DNA of 64,000 nt from the human T2T-CHM13v2.0 reference genome, Homo sapiens. A program made the translations under genes and the position numbers. The notes beneath the pieces are model-generated. The model was not told where the DNA came from. It did no database searches and worked only from the letters and a program-made list of their open reading frames with translations. The stretch is taken from assembly GCF_009914755.1 (NCBI RefSeq), contig NC_060937.1. One strand, given 5' to 3'. This document shows positions 11,079 through 26,580 of this stretch, piece after piece (within the stretch, counting starts at the first letter, position 1; every line of letters starts with the position of its first letter).

Positions 11079-14000
11079 AAAGACCCAGGTTTTTAAACTT
11101 GAGCTAAATAAAAAGTAGGGATCTATCTTGGGCTTTTGAGCAGAGATGCAGTCTGTAGAAAGACTCGTCCACAGGTATTTGAAAGGAATGATATGACCCA
11201 GATGGATCCCAAAGGGCCCATTCACCTACAGACTCAACCTGATCCAGGATGAAGCCAGGAGCTCTACATGCACAGAAACTCCTTATCCATAACCTTCCTG
11301 AGCTGATGATTGTTAGAATTGTTGAGTTATTAAGAGGAATAAACTAGATGTATAAACTATAATACGAGCTTCCTTTTTAACAATACGAAATATAACTGAC
11401 AAGCAAACAATAACAAGCCTGATAAACATGTTATTTCTTTTTAGAGTCAAAAGTCTAGCTCATAAGAAGCCTTGATGCGAATGGAATCTGAGCCAGTGAG
11501 TTGCTCTATAAGAATCTGGTGGCCTCAAAAGCCTTCTGGGCTCATCTCCCATATCCCCGCTCCCCTGAAATGTTCCTGGCCCTGGTGACTGCCTTTCCTA
11601 AGCTCCCTTCACTGTCCAACTCCTCTTGTAATGGACCTGTTATTCCTCAGACCATGTTATAGATTCAGTCCAACAGCAACACTTGCTGGTTTAGGTATGG
11701 TCCTGTCCCTTTAGGGGTTAATTTGCATATCTCTACCCTAGCCTTGATTCTAATCTCAGAGGCTAGTCTTATTTACCTTGTCTCTAAATTCTTGGCAGGG
11801 GTGGGAGTTGGGAGAGGCACCTCACTGTTCCTCCCAGGTATGTGTATGTGCTCTGACAGTAATAAATTTGGGAGGGTTATTAGAGGAAGATAGAATCCAG
11901 AAGGATCAAGAAACTTCTTAAGTGATACACAAATGGATTAAAACGCAGGCAACTGGCTAATTCTCCTTTTTCCTGCACTTACTCTGAGACCAGAATTTCC
12001 CAGCATGACTTCTTTGGATCAGCATTTCTTCTCCTTGGCCCCATTAATCTCTGTCCTTTGCCATTGTTCATTAGTAATCCAGGTATGGTGTGATATTCCC
12101 TTATTAACTACAGCCTCTTGGGAAAGCTAGATGTCTTTTTACCCAGTGACTCTTCCCCACATGCACAAAGGCAAAGGCTGAAATTATGCATTTGTAATCA
12201 TTTTGATTTCTTCTAATACACGGTATGACTTTGCTCGTTTTTCATACAAGTAGACACTGAAATGTATTGAAGAGTATTAAATGGGAAGGATACTTTGTTT
12301 CTGACAAGCCTGTATGAAATTTCATTTCACAGCAGAAAAGCAGATCATTATACAAAAACACAGAGGCCCTAGTGTTAATTATATGTGGAAGAAATAATAC
12401 TTATTGATTAACTCAAGGCATGCTATCAGTGCTGCTTTAAAGCTATAATAACTGAAATGAAAAACAAAAGGTCAATCCACCTCCTATGGGATTTTTCCAC
12501 AGAGCTATTATATATTATGGATCTGGCCAATCTTCATAGTATTAGTATTGAAAACGAGTGCGATAGCCACAAAAGGTGGTATGAAAACAACTCAGATACT
12601 TGTATTTTGTTGCTGTTTCCTTGCAGCTGGTTCATTTTGAAATACAAAAGAGAGTGTTTTCCTATGAAGATGAAGTTCTACCATGTTGATTTTAAACCCT
12701 AATTTAAACTCATAGAGCCCTACGTAAAAAAGCAATAATGTTTCTGAGAAGCGTAAAAAAACCTTTAACCTTTTTGCAATTTAGTGTGCATGTGTGCCAC
12801 ATTTGAATTTTTTAAATTCACAATTTTAAAAGATCTGGAGGTTTCATCAAATACCAGAATTCTATAGCTCTCTTATTTAATTTCCTGTTGTGGTTCGATG
12901 GTTTAGCTTAGGAAAAAATGGCCCAGCTCACAGGGTTGGATTTTCCTGATCCGCACGGATTTCAGAGCAGGCTAAAAATATAGGAAAGATTATTTGGAAG
13001 TCTTTGGGCTTACATGTGTATTTTTAAATTTACATATATATGTATTTTCTTTTTTAAAAAAAATCAGGTGGGGAAGAAGGAGCTGATGAAAATGCTCAAA
13101 TCTGCAGTGAGTTTGATGAAATTGTCCTCAGTACCCCATGTAGCCAACCAAGAATTCCTGCAGGGAATTTCATAGACCAGAGGCAGAAAGTTAGAGGGAA
13201 AAGGGGCCCATCTGATGGGCTGAGAGAGGTTCCCAAAAAGTCCCAGGTGCTATTTTGCCTGGGGTGCTCTCTGCATATGCTGCTGCTCTCAGTTTAAATC
13301 TCCAAGACAGCCTTGCCCTGCTGGGTTAGATCACAGTGTTCTGTAATTGTTCATCCATTTACTGACTCTCTGGACGTCAAGCTTCTTGAGAGCAGAAATG
13401 TCTGCCAGGCACATAGTAGGCACTCAGTGAGTATGTGTTATTTGGTATACATTTCCTATTTCTGGATGAACTGGGGTGAAAGCACCTCAGATTTACCCAG
13501 CGTTCAGTTTTAGTAGTAAATAGCTGTTCTGTTGGTTTCTAATTTGAGGAGTGGCACAGGTGGCTGATGCCCAAGCAGAGAATCACACGGATGATGCTAA
13601 CAAGGACAGGCGTTTTCACTTCCCATTACCACCAGCTTCACGGGGTAGCATCAACCATCAGAAGAGATAACGCCCATTGACCACACATGTTAAAATAACA
13701 GAGTATGGCAGGCTTGCCTGGGCTTTGGCCACACATCTGATTGCTTGAGGTTAATGGGATGATTAGTGGGTTGTCTGCTTTGCAAGGCTGCTCTAGCAAG
13801 GAAAAGTGAAAGGCAATATCCCCGCGAGTTTGCAAAAAGTCTTAGATTGGGAGCCATGTCTAAAAAGAAGTGGAGGCTTCACTGTAGCAGACTTGCAGGG
13901 GTATGTTTAAGGCAAGATGTACAGGGAGTGAGTTGGATGTTTCATAGGAGTAGCTTGTCTTGCATTCCATCTGTGAATAAGAGATAGACCACACCAGAAT

Positions 14001-16588
14001 GAATGGAGAACTCAGCGTGCAAAGGAGAGCGGTACATGAACAAATGAAAGAGGTAGCTAAGAAGAAACAGCTGCTGTTTTGGGGCTTAGATAAATGTTCT
14101 TAAAGTGTCAGTTTCCAGTGAAGCCTGTCATAGAATAAACAGAATTTTAGAGGAGTGGCCTCGTTAGGCTTTGCAATTTCTGGACTATATCACCAGGACA
14201 GTTTGGATGATTAACACTGAGTTCTATTTTTAGCCCTCTTGAGTGAAAACAGGAGCTCATGTACTTGGCACTCATTAGGAATTTTCCACTCATCCCCCAT
14301 TTAGAGAGGCACTGATCTAACCCTGGGCCCTTAGAGGAGGCCTTGATCATATTTCAGTCAACCCACAGTGTCATCACCCAGACCAGGCATAGTTTGGGGA
14401 ATGGAGGGGAGTAATGACTTGAGATCCTTTCCAAGGGAGTCCCGGGTGTTCAACAGAACCTAAGGGCCTTGCAAGATCACACTGGATTCTGTTGAACCTT
14501 GATGGATGGAGGAATAACTTTTTGAGGCAAAGAGCAGTAAATGGAAGATTCCTTTAAGTTCACTCTTGCCTAAGGAACAGTGTTCCTGCAGTCACAGCTA
14601 TTGACTCATTTCATTGCAGGGTGGTACTACGTCATTCTGGTTTGGCTTGCAGGAAGCAAAAAGTAACTTACTTTATGCAGAGGATTCATAAATTAGAAGA
14701 GTTGATATCATTTCAAAAACAAGCACTTATGGAGGAAGGGCTGTCGCCAAACTGCGCAGGCTGGCCTCAGCGAGCCAGAGCAGAGCTGTGCCAGCATCTT
14801 CAGCAGCAACATATTCAGAGGTCATCAGACAGCATCCTTCTAGAAGCTGGTGGGGAAAACTAAACAACTACTCTCTCAGAAGTTATAGCCCAAGTAAGCG
14901 ATGCTGAAATGGGTCCAGACGCTGGAAACAGACTAATGTGCAACTCACAAAACAACACCCAGGACACAGACAGGCAGTTCAGGCTGTGGAGTGGGATGTG
15001 AATGCAGCCAGGGCATTCTTTCATTGAGACAGAGTAGTCAGGAGCGGACCCTGCCTCTCTCCCAGTCAGACATGAAAAGCTTCATGGTAATAAGTGCTCA
15101 GATCCAGGCCGAGGCTCAGTGCAATTTGGATCTTGTTGTTGCATCTATCTAAGCATGGCTAGGAGGGGAAATCTTGGTGTGCTCGTGTTTGATGAAGAGT
15201 GTGGACGATGGGTGGAAACTCCTGCCTTTGCCATTTCCTGGTGGGTTGTGCAGGGGCCAGCCACTTCACCATAGAGTCCCAGTTTCCTCCTCCATAAAGG
15301 GAAATAAGACCCGGGATGCTCTGGACAGTGTCTGGAGGAGTAAATGACATAAAGGGCTTACCTAACATTGTGCCTGGACTACAGAGAGTGTTTGGTGGTG
15401 GACAGCATGAATCACCTGTAGTAATTAGTAAATAATACTTAGCCAGAACTTGCCAGAGTTAAGTTATTTTCCTTGACATTTGAGTCATCAGGTTTGTTGC
15501 TTATTTTGGCAGCCAACCCTTCCTTGAAAAGCCATCTAATGACTATAGTTTGGAACTGGCTGGTTTTAGAGCCTGAACTTGCAAAAGGGTGGATGGGGTC
15601 ATTTTCATTGGGTCTTCGTGATCTGTTTTAATAGCCTCTGCTTCCCCAAATGGAGATGGTACAAGGTCTCTAATCTCACTTCTATCTCCTTTCCACTTCC
15701 TTGCCTCTCTCTCTCCCCATCCCCTTCCTTCCTTTCTTTTCTTGCTTTTTTTTTTTTTTACATTCTCACTTGGTTTCCATCAATCTTATTTGTGTTTCTC
15801 CTAAAGCAACAGATGGACAGGGAAGGCCTGACCACAAAACATCAGCATTAGGTTTTCACCAAAGTGATACAAGTCTGAAGGTCTTCATCAGCAGTCTCCC
15901 TCATAGTCAGCGCCATACCGAAGAGGCCTGTCCCTCTCATAGGGCCTTCCAGCCACTCCTTCCCCACAGGCCTGATTCTTCTGTGGCTGGGAGTGTGGAC
16001 TGATTTGTTATGATGTGAGAGATCCCTAGGGCATGACTCTGATAACGTCCAGCAGGGGCCATGACAGGGAGCTGGGGGAGATGTTGGCTTTCAGTTAGAA
16101 ATTAGAGTTGATTTGTTGTTTTTGTTATTTTCTGATTGTTCACTGCCTGGCCCAGTCTAAGTCTTTGCAACTCTCATTACTCTGAGAGTGAACACTGTAT
16201 AATGCTATTTCTGGACTGATAAGCATACTATTTCAATTCTCTGGCTGTGTTTAGATAATTATTTAGGAACGTGTTTAGGAATTAGAGAATATGAGTATTC
16301 AGAACTATTCTTGACAGTAAAAGCAAGTTGGTTTTTCCACTAGGTTAAGATTATTTCAGGGTCAGTACCAAAATTAGTGCTCTCCAAAATACCAAATTTG
16401 CTTAACCTACAGGAACACATTGATTGTCATCTGGTCATATTATACTGCTGTTAGAATGAGTATGTAATCCCTGTGATCGGTCTGATTAGAACATGTTCCC
16501 TGTTCTGGCTTCTCCAATCTCTGAACCATGTCAAGAATTAAGCAAAATCAGGGCAGACCAGGAAGGTGCTTACAAAAACAGAGCATAA

Positions 16589-16887
<299 letters not shown>

Positions 16888-17259
16888 TATAAGACTGATA
16901 TGCAAATTCTAAATGCATTTAGATAATTAATATGGAAAAGCACCTATTATATATAGGGTGTTATCCAGTTACAAATGAAATAAAAGGAAACAGAAATATA
17001 ATAACAACTTACACTTGTATGAGCTTGCTAAATGCTGGACACTAACTACATCACATACATTAATTTAATCCTCATGACAACCCTGCACAGTGGGTGTGGC
17101 ATTAGAGTAGGAATATTGAGATACAGAGTAGGATTATGCAATAAAATACATGCTCTCAGATGTAGTTGTTAACTCTGAAATTCAGGGAAAACAAGGATGC
17201 TATGGGCTGGGATGGAAGGAGAGAACTTCAGAAATGAGATGGGAGGTGTCCGTTGGGTC

Positions 17260-17619
17260 TGTCTTAGTGTCTTTGGGATGCTGTAACTAAATGTTATAAA
17301 CTGGGTGGTTTATAAATAACAGAAATTTATTTCTCACAATTCTGCAGTCTGGGAAGCCCAAGATCTAGGCTCCAGCAGTTTCAGTGTCAGGTGCGGGCCA
17401 CTTTCCCGTAAACATTAGTACCTTCTGGCTGTATCCTCACACGGAGGAAGGGGCAAGGCAGCTCCCTGGGATCCCTCTAATTTTATTCCTGAGGGCTCCA
17501 CCCTCATGACCTGATCACTTCCCAGAAGCCCCACCTCCTAATATCATCAGCTTGGAGGTGAGGATTTCAACATGAATTTTAGGGGGATTTAGGGGGACAC
17601 ATACCTTCAGACTATAGCA
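17260..17619 (-). mobile_element. MaLR solo LTR (MLT1A-like)
   Basis: tgtcttagt...aataacagaaatttatttctcaca...gacacataccttcagactatagca is the reverse MLT1A pattern. Confidence 0.8.
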
Positions 17620-18905
17620 GGGTCCATTTCCCTCAGGGACAGATCTATTGCTGCATTTTCTTAAGGAAACCATTAGCTAATAATTTTTGACTCCCACAAT
17701 GAAAATAGCTCTCAGCGTATTATGAAATAGAGTTTTATTTTTGGCATGATGAATATTATGACACAGCTTAGCAAATGCCCTCTGGATAACCCGAGACCCT
17801 CCCACCAACCCAAAGCAGCACACTTGTTCCCTGCGTCTAAAAACAGCACACCAGAAACAATATTGTGAGAACTGTCTGGTCACATTCCACACACGTCCTT
17901 CAGAGGTGCTGAAACCAAAGGCAACGGTGGTTAAGGAAGAAAGAACATTCTCAAGGCCCCGATGATACTCATGCTAGGTATTCGGTCCACATTTTACTCA
18001 AAATTCCCTCCCCGGAAATCACTTTGCTTGGAGAGTCCATGCTACAGAATGACAGAGACTTTCTTTGAAGGCCTGTAGTTTTGGTATCTCAAACTTGAAG
18101 AGAATTTATATAGCACATCTTTTCTGGTAATTGTGAGTAATAAAATCATAATATGCTGTTTATAGTGACTCAATAACGCAGATTACAAATTCAGCACATC
18201 TTCAACTACTTCCCTACTTTATATCAGAGGATGTATTTGATTTGAAAACAACTTAGCAGTCATTTAGTTATACGGGGCATTTTTTGCACTAAATGGTATT
18301 TCAAGCCTGAGATTTCCTTTTTTCATCTATTGATGCTGACAGTGGAACAAAAAACTTGGAAACCTTAAATATTGTTGTTGGTGGTATTACAAAGAGAAAT
18401 GTTTCATGCTAAGCCTTCTGCCCTGATCTTTATTATTGATTAAGTAGCTAATCATGTATGGACAAAAGGGTAAGTTTAAAAAACAGTTGGTAAAACAAGC
18501 ATTTGGCCCTCAGAGAAATATGGCACAGACATTTTTAATGGTCGGAAATCTCATAGTAGTGATAATAATAAACACTGTATAATAATATATGGCAATAGAT
18601 TAATGGGTGGGACACAAATTTGCAAAGAATTAATGCAGGATGATATACAGGAGTGTAATCTAGACAAAAACACAACCACGGGTATTATTAATATTATGAT
18701 GCAAGCTTTGCCATTTGAATGGGATACAAATGAATGAGTCAGACTTGACTTTGTAAGTTTTTACATGCTTATATAATGTGAAAATTATCTCCTTAAGGAC
18801 TAGACTTATAAATATTTGCTTAATACGATTCATTAATTAATCATGTGAAAGTGCTTATCTAGCATAAAACTAGGGGACTCTCGGTATCCGTTTTTGTTTT
18901 TTCAG

Positions 18906-18972
18906 AATGAAAGTGCCCTTGTGAAAGAAAAAGAGCTGTCAATCGAACTTGCAAACATCAGGGATGAAGTTG
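18906..18972 (+). CDS. MTUS2: MTUS2 internal coding exon (NESALVKEKELSIELANIRDEV+1 nt)
   Basis: Strong acceptor (gtttttgttttttcag|AAT) and donor (TTG|GTAAGT). 67 nt, phase 0 to 1, compatible with both neighbouring exons. Confidence 0.95.
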
Positions 18973-21126
18973 GTAAGTAGGGCATTGACAATGAGGAGCA
19001 TAAAGAATGTCTTTTCCTGATTCCTGTGAATGTGTACCAAAAGCAATTATGCCTCCTGTAATAAGCCAGTGCAAACCTGCCTAGATGAATGAAGTATCTC
19101 ACCCAGCACAGTGGTGGGCTGCTGTAGCCTTAGCGGGGAACCATAATTTTCACGTCTCTGTTGTTATAAAGACAGCTTCCTAACAGTTCACAGTGGAACT
19201 CATCAGGTCTTGACTGTGCTATTTGCAGATGGCAGCTCATACATCAGTCTGCACTGATCTATCTGGGTCCCCTCTTATAAAACGAGGTGCTGTCTGCAAG
19301 ATGCAGATGTTCCATGGCTTCCTGCCACTGTCTACCCTGTCGTGAAATACTCTGTGATCTAGAACAAGGTCAAAAGCACAAATCTGGTTGGATTAAAAAT
19401 ATGAGAGTTCATGTTGAAATTTCTAATATTTGGCTGATGAAACGGTTTGGTTCAGTCTGGACCACGGAGACCTTACAAATAAAATGATCCCCAAACCCTG
19501 GGGATGTGGCTTTCACCGTAGGTCAAGGACAGGACCAGGTATTTGCCATATTCTCATTGCTTGATCCCATCTTCCCTCTCGACCATCTGTTATTCTCTTT
19601 CCCCAGGAATCAGTCAGCAAAGCTGAAATACACATGGTCTGTTCCTATTGCCCGCTATTCTCTTTACCAGTGAGCACTCCTCCTCCATCTAGTGTGGTCC
19701 TGGGAGCAGCCCACCATGTGCAGGTGTGGCTTCCTCCGTGAGTGAAGGGATTGGAGCAATCCCAGGTGTCCTTGGCAAGTAGCCAGCCATGCAGATAGGC
19801 AGAAGGCTGAACTTCCCCAGGGACCACAGGCCCTCAGGTGTGCAGTGGACAGAATAGTGAGATCCAAGCATAGCTTTCCCCAACCCTTTGTATTCCTCTC
19901 TCCCTTTGTTAAAATGTTTTCTTTTTCTCCCCTGTGAGTTCTGTGACTTCTTTTAACATTAAAGTAGGTCTGCAATGGTCTCTTCTCCTCTCTAAGGACA
20001 GCAGATGCTTGTGGGGAAACAACAAATAACAGGCCCCTTCCCAGACTTGCTAGTGTGTGATCCGGAGCAGCAGGACCCTGCTACTGCTGCAGGGACACCT
20101 ACACCCGGACACCCCTTCTCCCCCACCGGGAGAAGCCCAGGGGTTGACGCCAGATGTAGGCTTCTTCCAACAGTCGGCTAGGAAAGGCAGGGTGTGAGGA
20201 ACCCTGGAAAGCTGAGGTCCATGGGAGCCATATGTGACCTGGCTGGAAAGAGGAGCGGGAGGGGAGAAAGTGGCCCCACTCCCCGCAGACTCTTGCTGGA
20301 GAAGTCTCATCCTTCCTCTTTGCCATTGTTGTTGTTTTTATGGAGATTGAGCCTAATTTCTATTTGTTGGGTATCACCCCAAGCAGCATTCACAGTGACA
20401 GCTGCAGTGATGACCTCATTGCCAAGGCCTCCATGGTTGAAGCCTCTGTGTCCCCATCTGTTTCTTCACCAATGTGGCCATGTGGCCACGCCTCATGATC
20501 CAGATGCCCACATCTGGCCTCAAAGACCCGTGTTGAGAGTGGCCCCCACTTTTTCCTGAAGGGAAGCTCCTGGTACACTCACTGGTGACCCTGCCCAACG
20601 CCAGGGACTGTTTCTGTTCTTCTCTAAGGAAGGACTCACCACCCTTCACCCGTGGAGCCATGGGTCCCATGTGATTGGCTGCCCTCCTGTGCATGCACAC
20701 ATTGTACATGTGTGCACACACACATGCACACATGGGAGCCATCCTCCTCGATGACTCCCATGGTTCCTTTAAAAGGACCTTCTGCCTCCTTCCCCACTGA
20801 TGGAAACTACCTTATCAAAAAGGATTTTTTTTAATCAAAAAAATCCTCACCTGATGAACTGCAAAGACCCCCTTCTCCACTCACCGGCTTTAGGGCCTGT
20901 CCTCAGTTGGAGGTGACTCTGAGGCCTCTCCTCCTGAGCGAAGCTGCCAAAGAACAGGTTTCACCTCTGCTGACCTTCAGGTCAGTTCCCAGGGGATGTG
21001 GAGGTGGAGACAGCTGGGAGACCTTGCCTCATCCCCTTCTGGAATCTGCCCCTCCCCACCTTGTAGAGGTAGAGACCCTTGGAGATGGCCCCTGATGACA
21101 CTGTGGGGGCAGCTCAGAGGCCTAGG

Positions 21127-21698
21127 GTAGAGGTTCCAAAATTCTCAATTCACAGCGACCACAGTGTCTCAGTAATTTTTTTTCACAGTATCAAGGCCAA
21201 ATAAATACCTCCCAGCTCTATTTAGAAAGGAGGTAAGTCTAAGCCACTTAAGTGTGTATGTTCTAACAACTTTGTGGCCGTTTGAAAAACTGAACATAAA
21301 TGGAAAGAAAACAATATATTTTTGTTTTATTCTTAAGGAACCACAATGACTTGCTTGTGATTGGGCCCCACACAACGTCTCAGACCTTGGCATCTGATTG
21401 GATAAGGCTATCCTTGCATCTTGTTTCACACTGATTTTCACTGCATACTTTTTATCACAGCAGCAGCCAAAACCTCAGCTTTGCAAAGATATGATATCAT
21501 GAAAGGGGATGAAGTGTGAGCTAGTGATGAGCTAATGTCAAAACTCTGAATCCCCCAAACCAGGAGTTCACATGGTATCCCCCAGGGAGGCAGCATTGGT
21601 GTGTTTCCCTCGGAAGTATTGATAGAAGAAACCCTGCAGTGCCCTGTGATTTGCTGCAGTGGCCCAGGGTGCCTCAGCACACAGTTTGCAAACCACAG
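21127..21698. mobile_element. hAT-Charlie-like DNA transposon remnant
   Basis: Degenerate termini tagaggttccaaaattc / cacagtttgcaaaccacag. Confidence 0.5.
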
Positions 21699-23088
21699 GC
21701 TTGAGGACACTTCCCTGCCCTCAGTGGCCGAGAGACTTGAGCATGAGGAAGGTTGGGTCTTCAGAGACTCAGGAACTGAAAGATGCTTATGAGTTATAGT
21801 TCAGCTAGAACAATGTGCAGTGTTACCCCCTGTAATTTATAGCTCCTGCTGCCTTTCCTCCTCTTTTAGCAAGATATGTTGGTCTTAGTTAAGATAGAAA
21901 AGCATTGAATTATATGAGGGCTGTCAAGTCTGTAGCCCTGAAATGCTATAAGCCAATCCCAGAGTATGCTTCTCTATGAAATAGATGAGTTTCTAGGGGG
22001 TTCCAAGGCTTGGCAGTTCTGAGCATGGGCTTTAGGTTCAGGTGGGGCGAGCTGGTAGACCTCTCTGTCCCACAAGTTCCCCTTCATAAAATGGAAAGTC
22101 AATTAAAGAAGATAATGCCGATGAAGCAGTCTGTAAAGGTGACTCTCATAACTATCCGGTGTATAGCACCTTGAAACCAAAGATAAAAGATGGAAATTTC
22201 CACTCCAGGGTGAATTTCTCCCTAGAGAGACTTCTGCACTCCCCATGGGCAAGCTTTGGCTCTGGGGGCCCTGTGTCCCCTGATGCAATTGGGTTGGGTG
22301 CCGGGTGTGCCAAGTGCAAGGCTGCTTCTCTCTGTGCTTTCCTGAAGCTTCTAAATGCAGCAGGCGCTACACAAGGATTACATTGAGTTTTGGGTTGAAA
22401 TCTTATTTGATTTCTGCCTAAGTGCCAAGAATAGAACCAGAATTACCTGCCAGATGAAAAAGCTACTGGAGGGAGGGCGGAAGGCCTTGGCAGCACCACC
22501 GCCTGGTTCCTTCAGCCCAGCTTTCATCCCTGGCACACACTTCAGCAGCAAGCACCCAGTCTGCAGCTGAGATTGCATTGGTGAGAGAAGAAAGACGGAG
22601 GGGAATGTGGGGATCAACTGTCAACCGTAAAGCGCATAAGCTCTGGCTTCTAGACATGCAGTGTATTCTCTTGATGGGAGAAGAGCATTGAACATGCAAA
22701 CCTGGCTTACAGGTGGCCCAGAGAGGGTAGTATGGCCAGTCCCTTCCCCTTAGCACCAGTCCTGTCCTAAGTTAAGGCTCTTGTCAGCTGAGTCTAATGG
22801 GAGCTGGACGTGGAGGGATGTGGGGGGACATGGGGGAGATGGAATTTCTAAGGCTCTGAATTCAGACAAGGAAGAAGGGAAGAAGGTGCAGAAAGTCAGA
22901 ATAGTTAGATGTATTTATTGCACATTCCAGAACAGGGCTGCCCTGTCTCCCAAATCTAAAAATTGCTGCTTAAACTGTTTCATATCCATTAAACTGCTGC
23001 CCTAAATTCCACCAATATCTGTTAATAAATACCCATCCATTGTCCCAACTTCTGAGGTGAATAAATGCAATCCAAAGCTTTAGCATCT

Positions 23089-23400
23089 GGACTGAGCACA
23101 GCGGCTCACACCTATAATCCCAGCACTTTGGGAGGCTGAAGCAGATGGATCACCTGAGGTCAGGAGTTGGAGACCAGCCTGGCCAACGTGGTCAAACCCC
23201 ATCTCTACTAAAAATAAAAATTAAAAATTAGCTAGGTGTGGTGGTGGGTGCCTGTAATCCCAGCTAGTGAGGAGTCTGAGGCAGGAGAATCGCTTGAACC
23301 CGGAAGGCGGAGAGGTGACAGTGAGCCGAGATTGCGCCATTGTACTCCAGCCTGGGCAACAAGAGCAAAACTCTGTCTCAAAACAAACAAACAAAAAAAA
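23089..23400 (+). mobile_element. Alu (AluSq/Sx-like)
   Basis: Full dimer; TSD aaagc(c)tttagcatct. Confidence 0.95.
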
Positions 23401-24159
23401 GCCTTTAGCATCTGGTCAGAATCAGCTTTGTCTGTGTTCACAGGCCTGATGCATGTTAGACTCACCTGCAGTGCTGCCCTAGGCAACAGAATCAAAATAT
23501 TTGAAGGTGAGGCCTGGGCCATTTTTTTTAAAGCCCCCTTATTAAGTACAGTGAAGTTGGAGATTCAATGAACTACACTGAAGGAACAGGGAGTTTGATT
23601 TGGGCCAGGGACAGGGTTGAGGCAGGGAGTATATCATTTGGGATAAGCCCAGGAGGGCAGGATCCCATCATGGGGGGCCCTGGGCAGCAAGGCAGGCCAA
23701 GGGAGAGTGGCACAGGTGGGTGGGGAAAAGTGCAGAAAAGGAAGATGCAAAAGACAAATTGTACCTGTTTGGAAATTATACAGAGGCTGGCCTGGTTTCT
23801 GAGAAATGACAGAGGATATCCCCTTCCTTCACTCCCGCCTCCTTCCTTTGCCTTTGCCTGTCTGCCTGGGGGACTCAGTCTTCTCAAGTCAGCTACCCTC
23901 CTGGTTAGATGGACTTTGGGGAGCTAAGCATGGAAAGTAATCCCCAGTACATTTGCAGACACTGCCCATTTATACCTTCCCATTTGTGACATCTCTGGTG
24001 GTATCACGACTGTATCTTCTAGAAGGTCTGTAGTTTGCATAGTGCCCTCTACCAGAGACTTGACTTGTGTCCTCACACACTGGAAGATAATCTCCAATAG
24101 TTTTTAAGTAGGAATTTCCTGGCAATTGATTTACAAATAAACCTTGAGGACATGCCCTA

Positions 24160-25161
<1,002 letters not shown>

Positions 25162-25897
25162 CCCAGACCAGGTCCTACAGTCATGGAGAATGATTCACTC
25201 ATTTAGCGAGGTTCTGAGCACCTTGTATGGAGCAGGCAGAGAAGTCATAGGGTTTTAGGGCTGGTCCAGACCAGAGTGACAGTACCCTATCCATTTCATT
25301 TTAGGGATCAGTCTACAGATTTGTTTCAAAGATCTTGGCTAAAGCTGGGACATGTGCAAAAAGCACCAGAGGAAAAACTTTGCACACATTTCTCTTTCTA
25401 TATATCAGAGTCTTCATACTTGTCATTTCATAGCCATAAAATGTTCTATAGTGCTGACAAACTACAGTAAGTTCCTTTTCTTTGAGCATTTGGATTTTTA
25501 CCATTTTTTGCTGTTATGCAACAAGTATAGTGTTTGCAAATTACTTTTTACCTCTTTTGTTATTTTCTTGGGAATATATTCTCAAAAGCACTGACTGATA
25601 ATTTTGGGAGGATTTTACATTTGTCCCAAGTGTATCTGTAATGCAAAACGTGTTGGATATTTATTCTGTAAATCAAGATTATGGTGGATTTCATCTTAGT
25701 GTTGCTAGGGTTGCCTTATAAAGAGGAAATTAAATTTTCTCTCTCTCCCTCCCATGCACACACACATACACACAAATGAGAAGAGACACATAATATCTAA
25801 GTGTATATCAGGGTGTGGTTTAGGACGGAGCTTTTATGGTTCAAGAGTAGAGTCCCTATGGAGTGGCTGAATTTGCTCATATTTGTGTTACATTGTA

Positions 25898-26133
25898 CAT
25901 GTTGATTATCCACAGTTCAAAAATCCAAAATCTGAAATGCTCCAAAATCCAAAACCTCTTGAGCACCGACCTGATGCTCAAAAGAAATGCTGATTGGATA
26001 CTTTCGGATTTAAGATTTTTAAATTAGGGATGCTCAACTAGTAAGTATAATGCAAATATTCCAAAATAAAAAAAAATCAGAAATGTGAAATGCTTCTGGT
26101 GCCAAGCATTTCAGATAAGGTATACTCAACATG
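25898..26133. mobile_element. Tigger4a/MER46 (Zombi)-like MITE
   Basis: catgttgattatcc...aatccaaaatctgaaatgctccaaaatcc...gataaggtatactcaacatg, with inverted termini. Confidence 0.8.
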
Positions 26134-26159
26134 TGTTTCCTTGGAGACAGGGCACTCTG

Positions 26160-26580
26160 GTGTCAAAAATGAAATCAGATCAAGTTAGATTTTAAAGAGT
26201 ATATGATGCATACAAAAGAATACGTCATGAACCGGGAGACCTCAAACCAAAAAATGCCACTACGGCTCAGTTTTATAGCAGTTGCAGCAGTTTCTAGAGC
26301 ATAAAGGGGGAGTATTTTGACTTTTTTCATGATTGGCTGTCATATATTCTTTTTTAAGGCAAATAGAGCTATTTGAGCTGATTCATCTGTAGCTGATTGG
26401 TTTGATTTCATTGAATCATGCTTATAAAGACCAAAAGCTTACTTGTGTGTTTCGTTTAGGGCTAGGATAATTACCCGTTTGGGGAAATCAGGGTGACTTA
26501 AGTTTTGGTTACCTGGCTCTAGGTGGTTGGCCTTGGGGTATCTAAACTGTTGTCTCCATTTTTTTTTTTTTTTTTTAATG
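26160..26580 (-). mobile_element. Probable ERV1-class solo LTR
   Basis: tgtcaaaaatgaaatc...tcatgaaccgggagacctcaaacc...gattggct...ctccattttt resembles reverse MER4-group LTRs; subfamily not determined. Confidence 0.45.

Noticed and set aside
14621-14892. Possible exon (ttcattgcag|G ... CAA|GTAAGC) around ORF 14621-14863
   Set aside because: The long ORF stops before the donor and the peptide has no MTUS2 similarity; at most a pseudo-exon.
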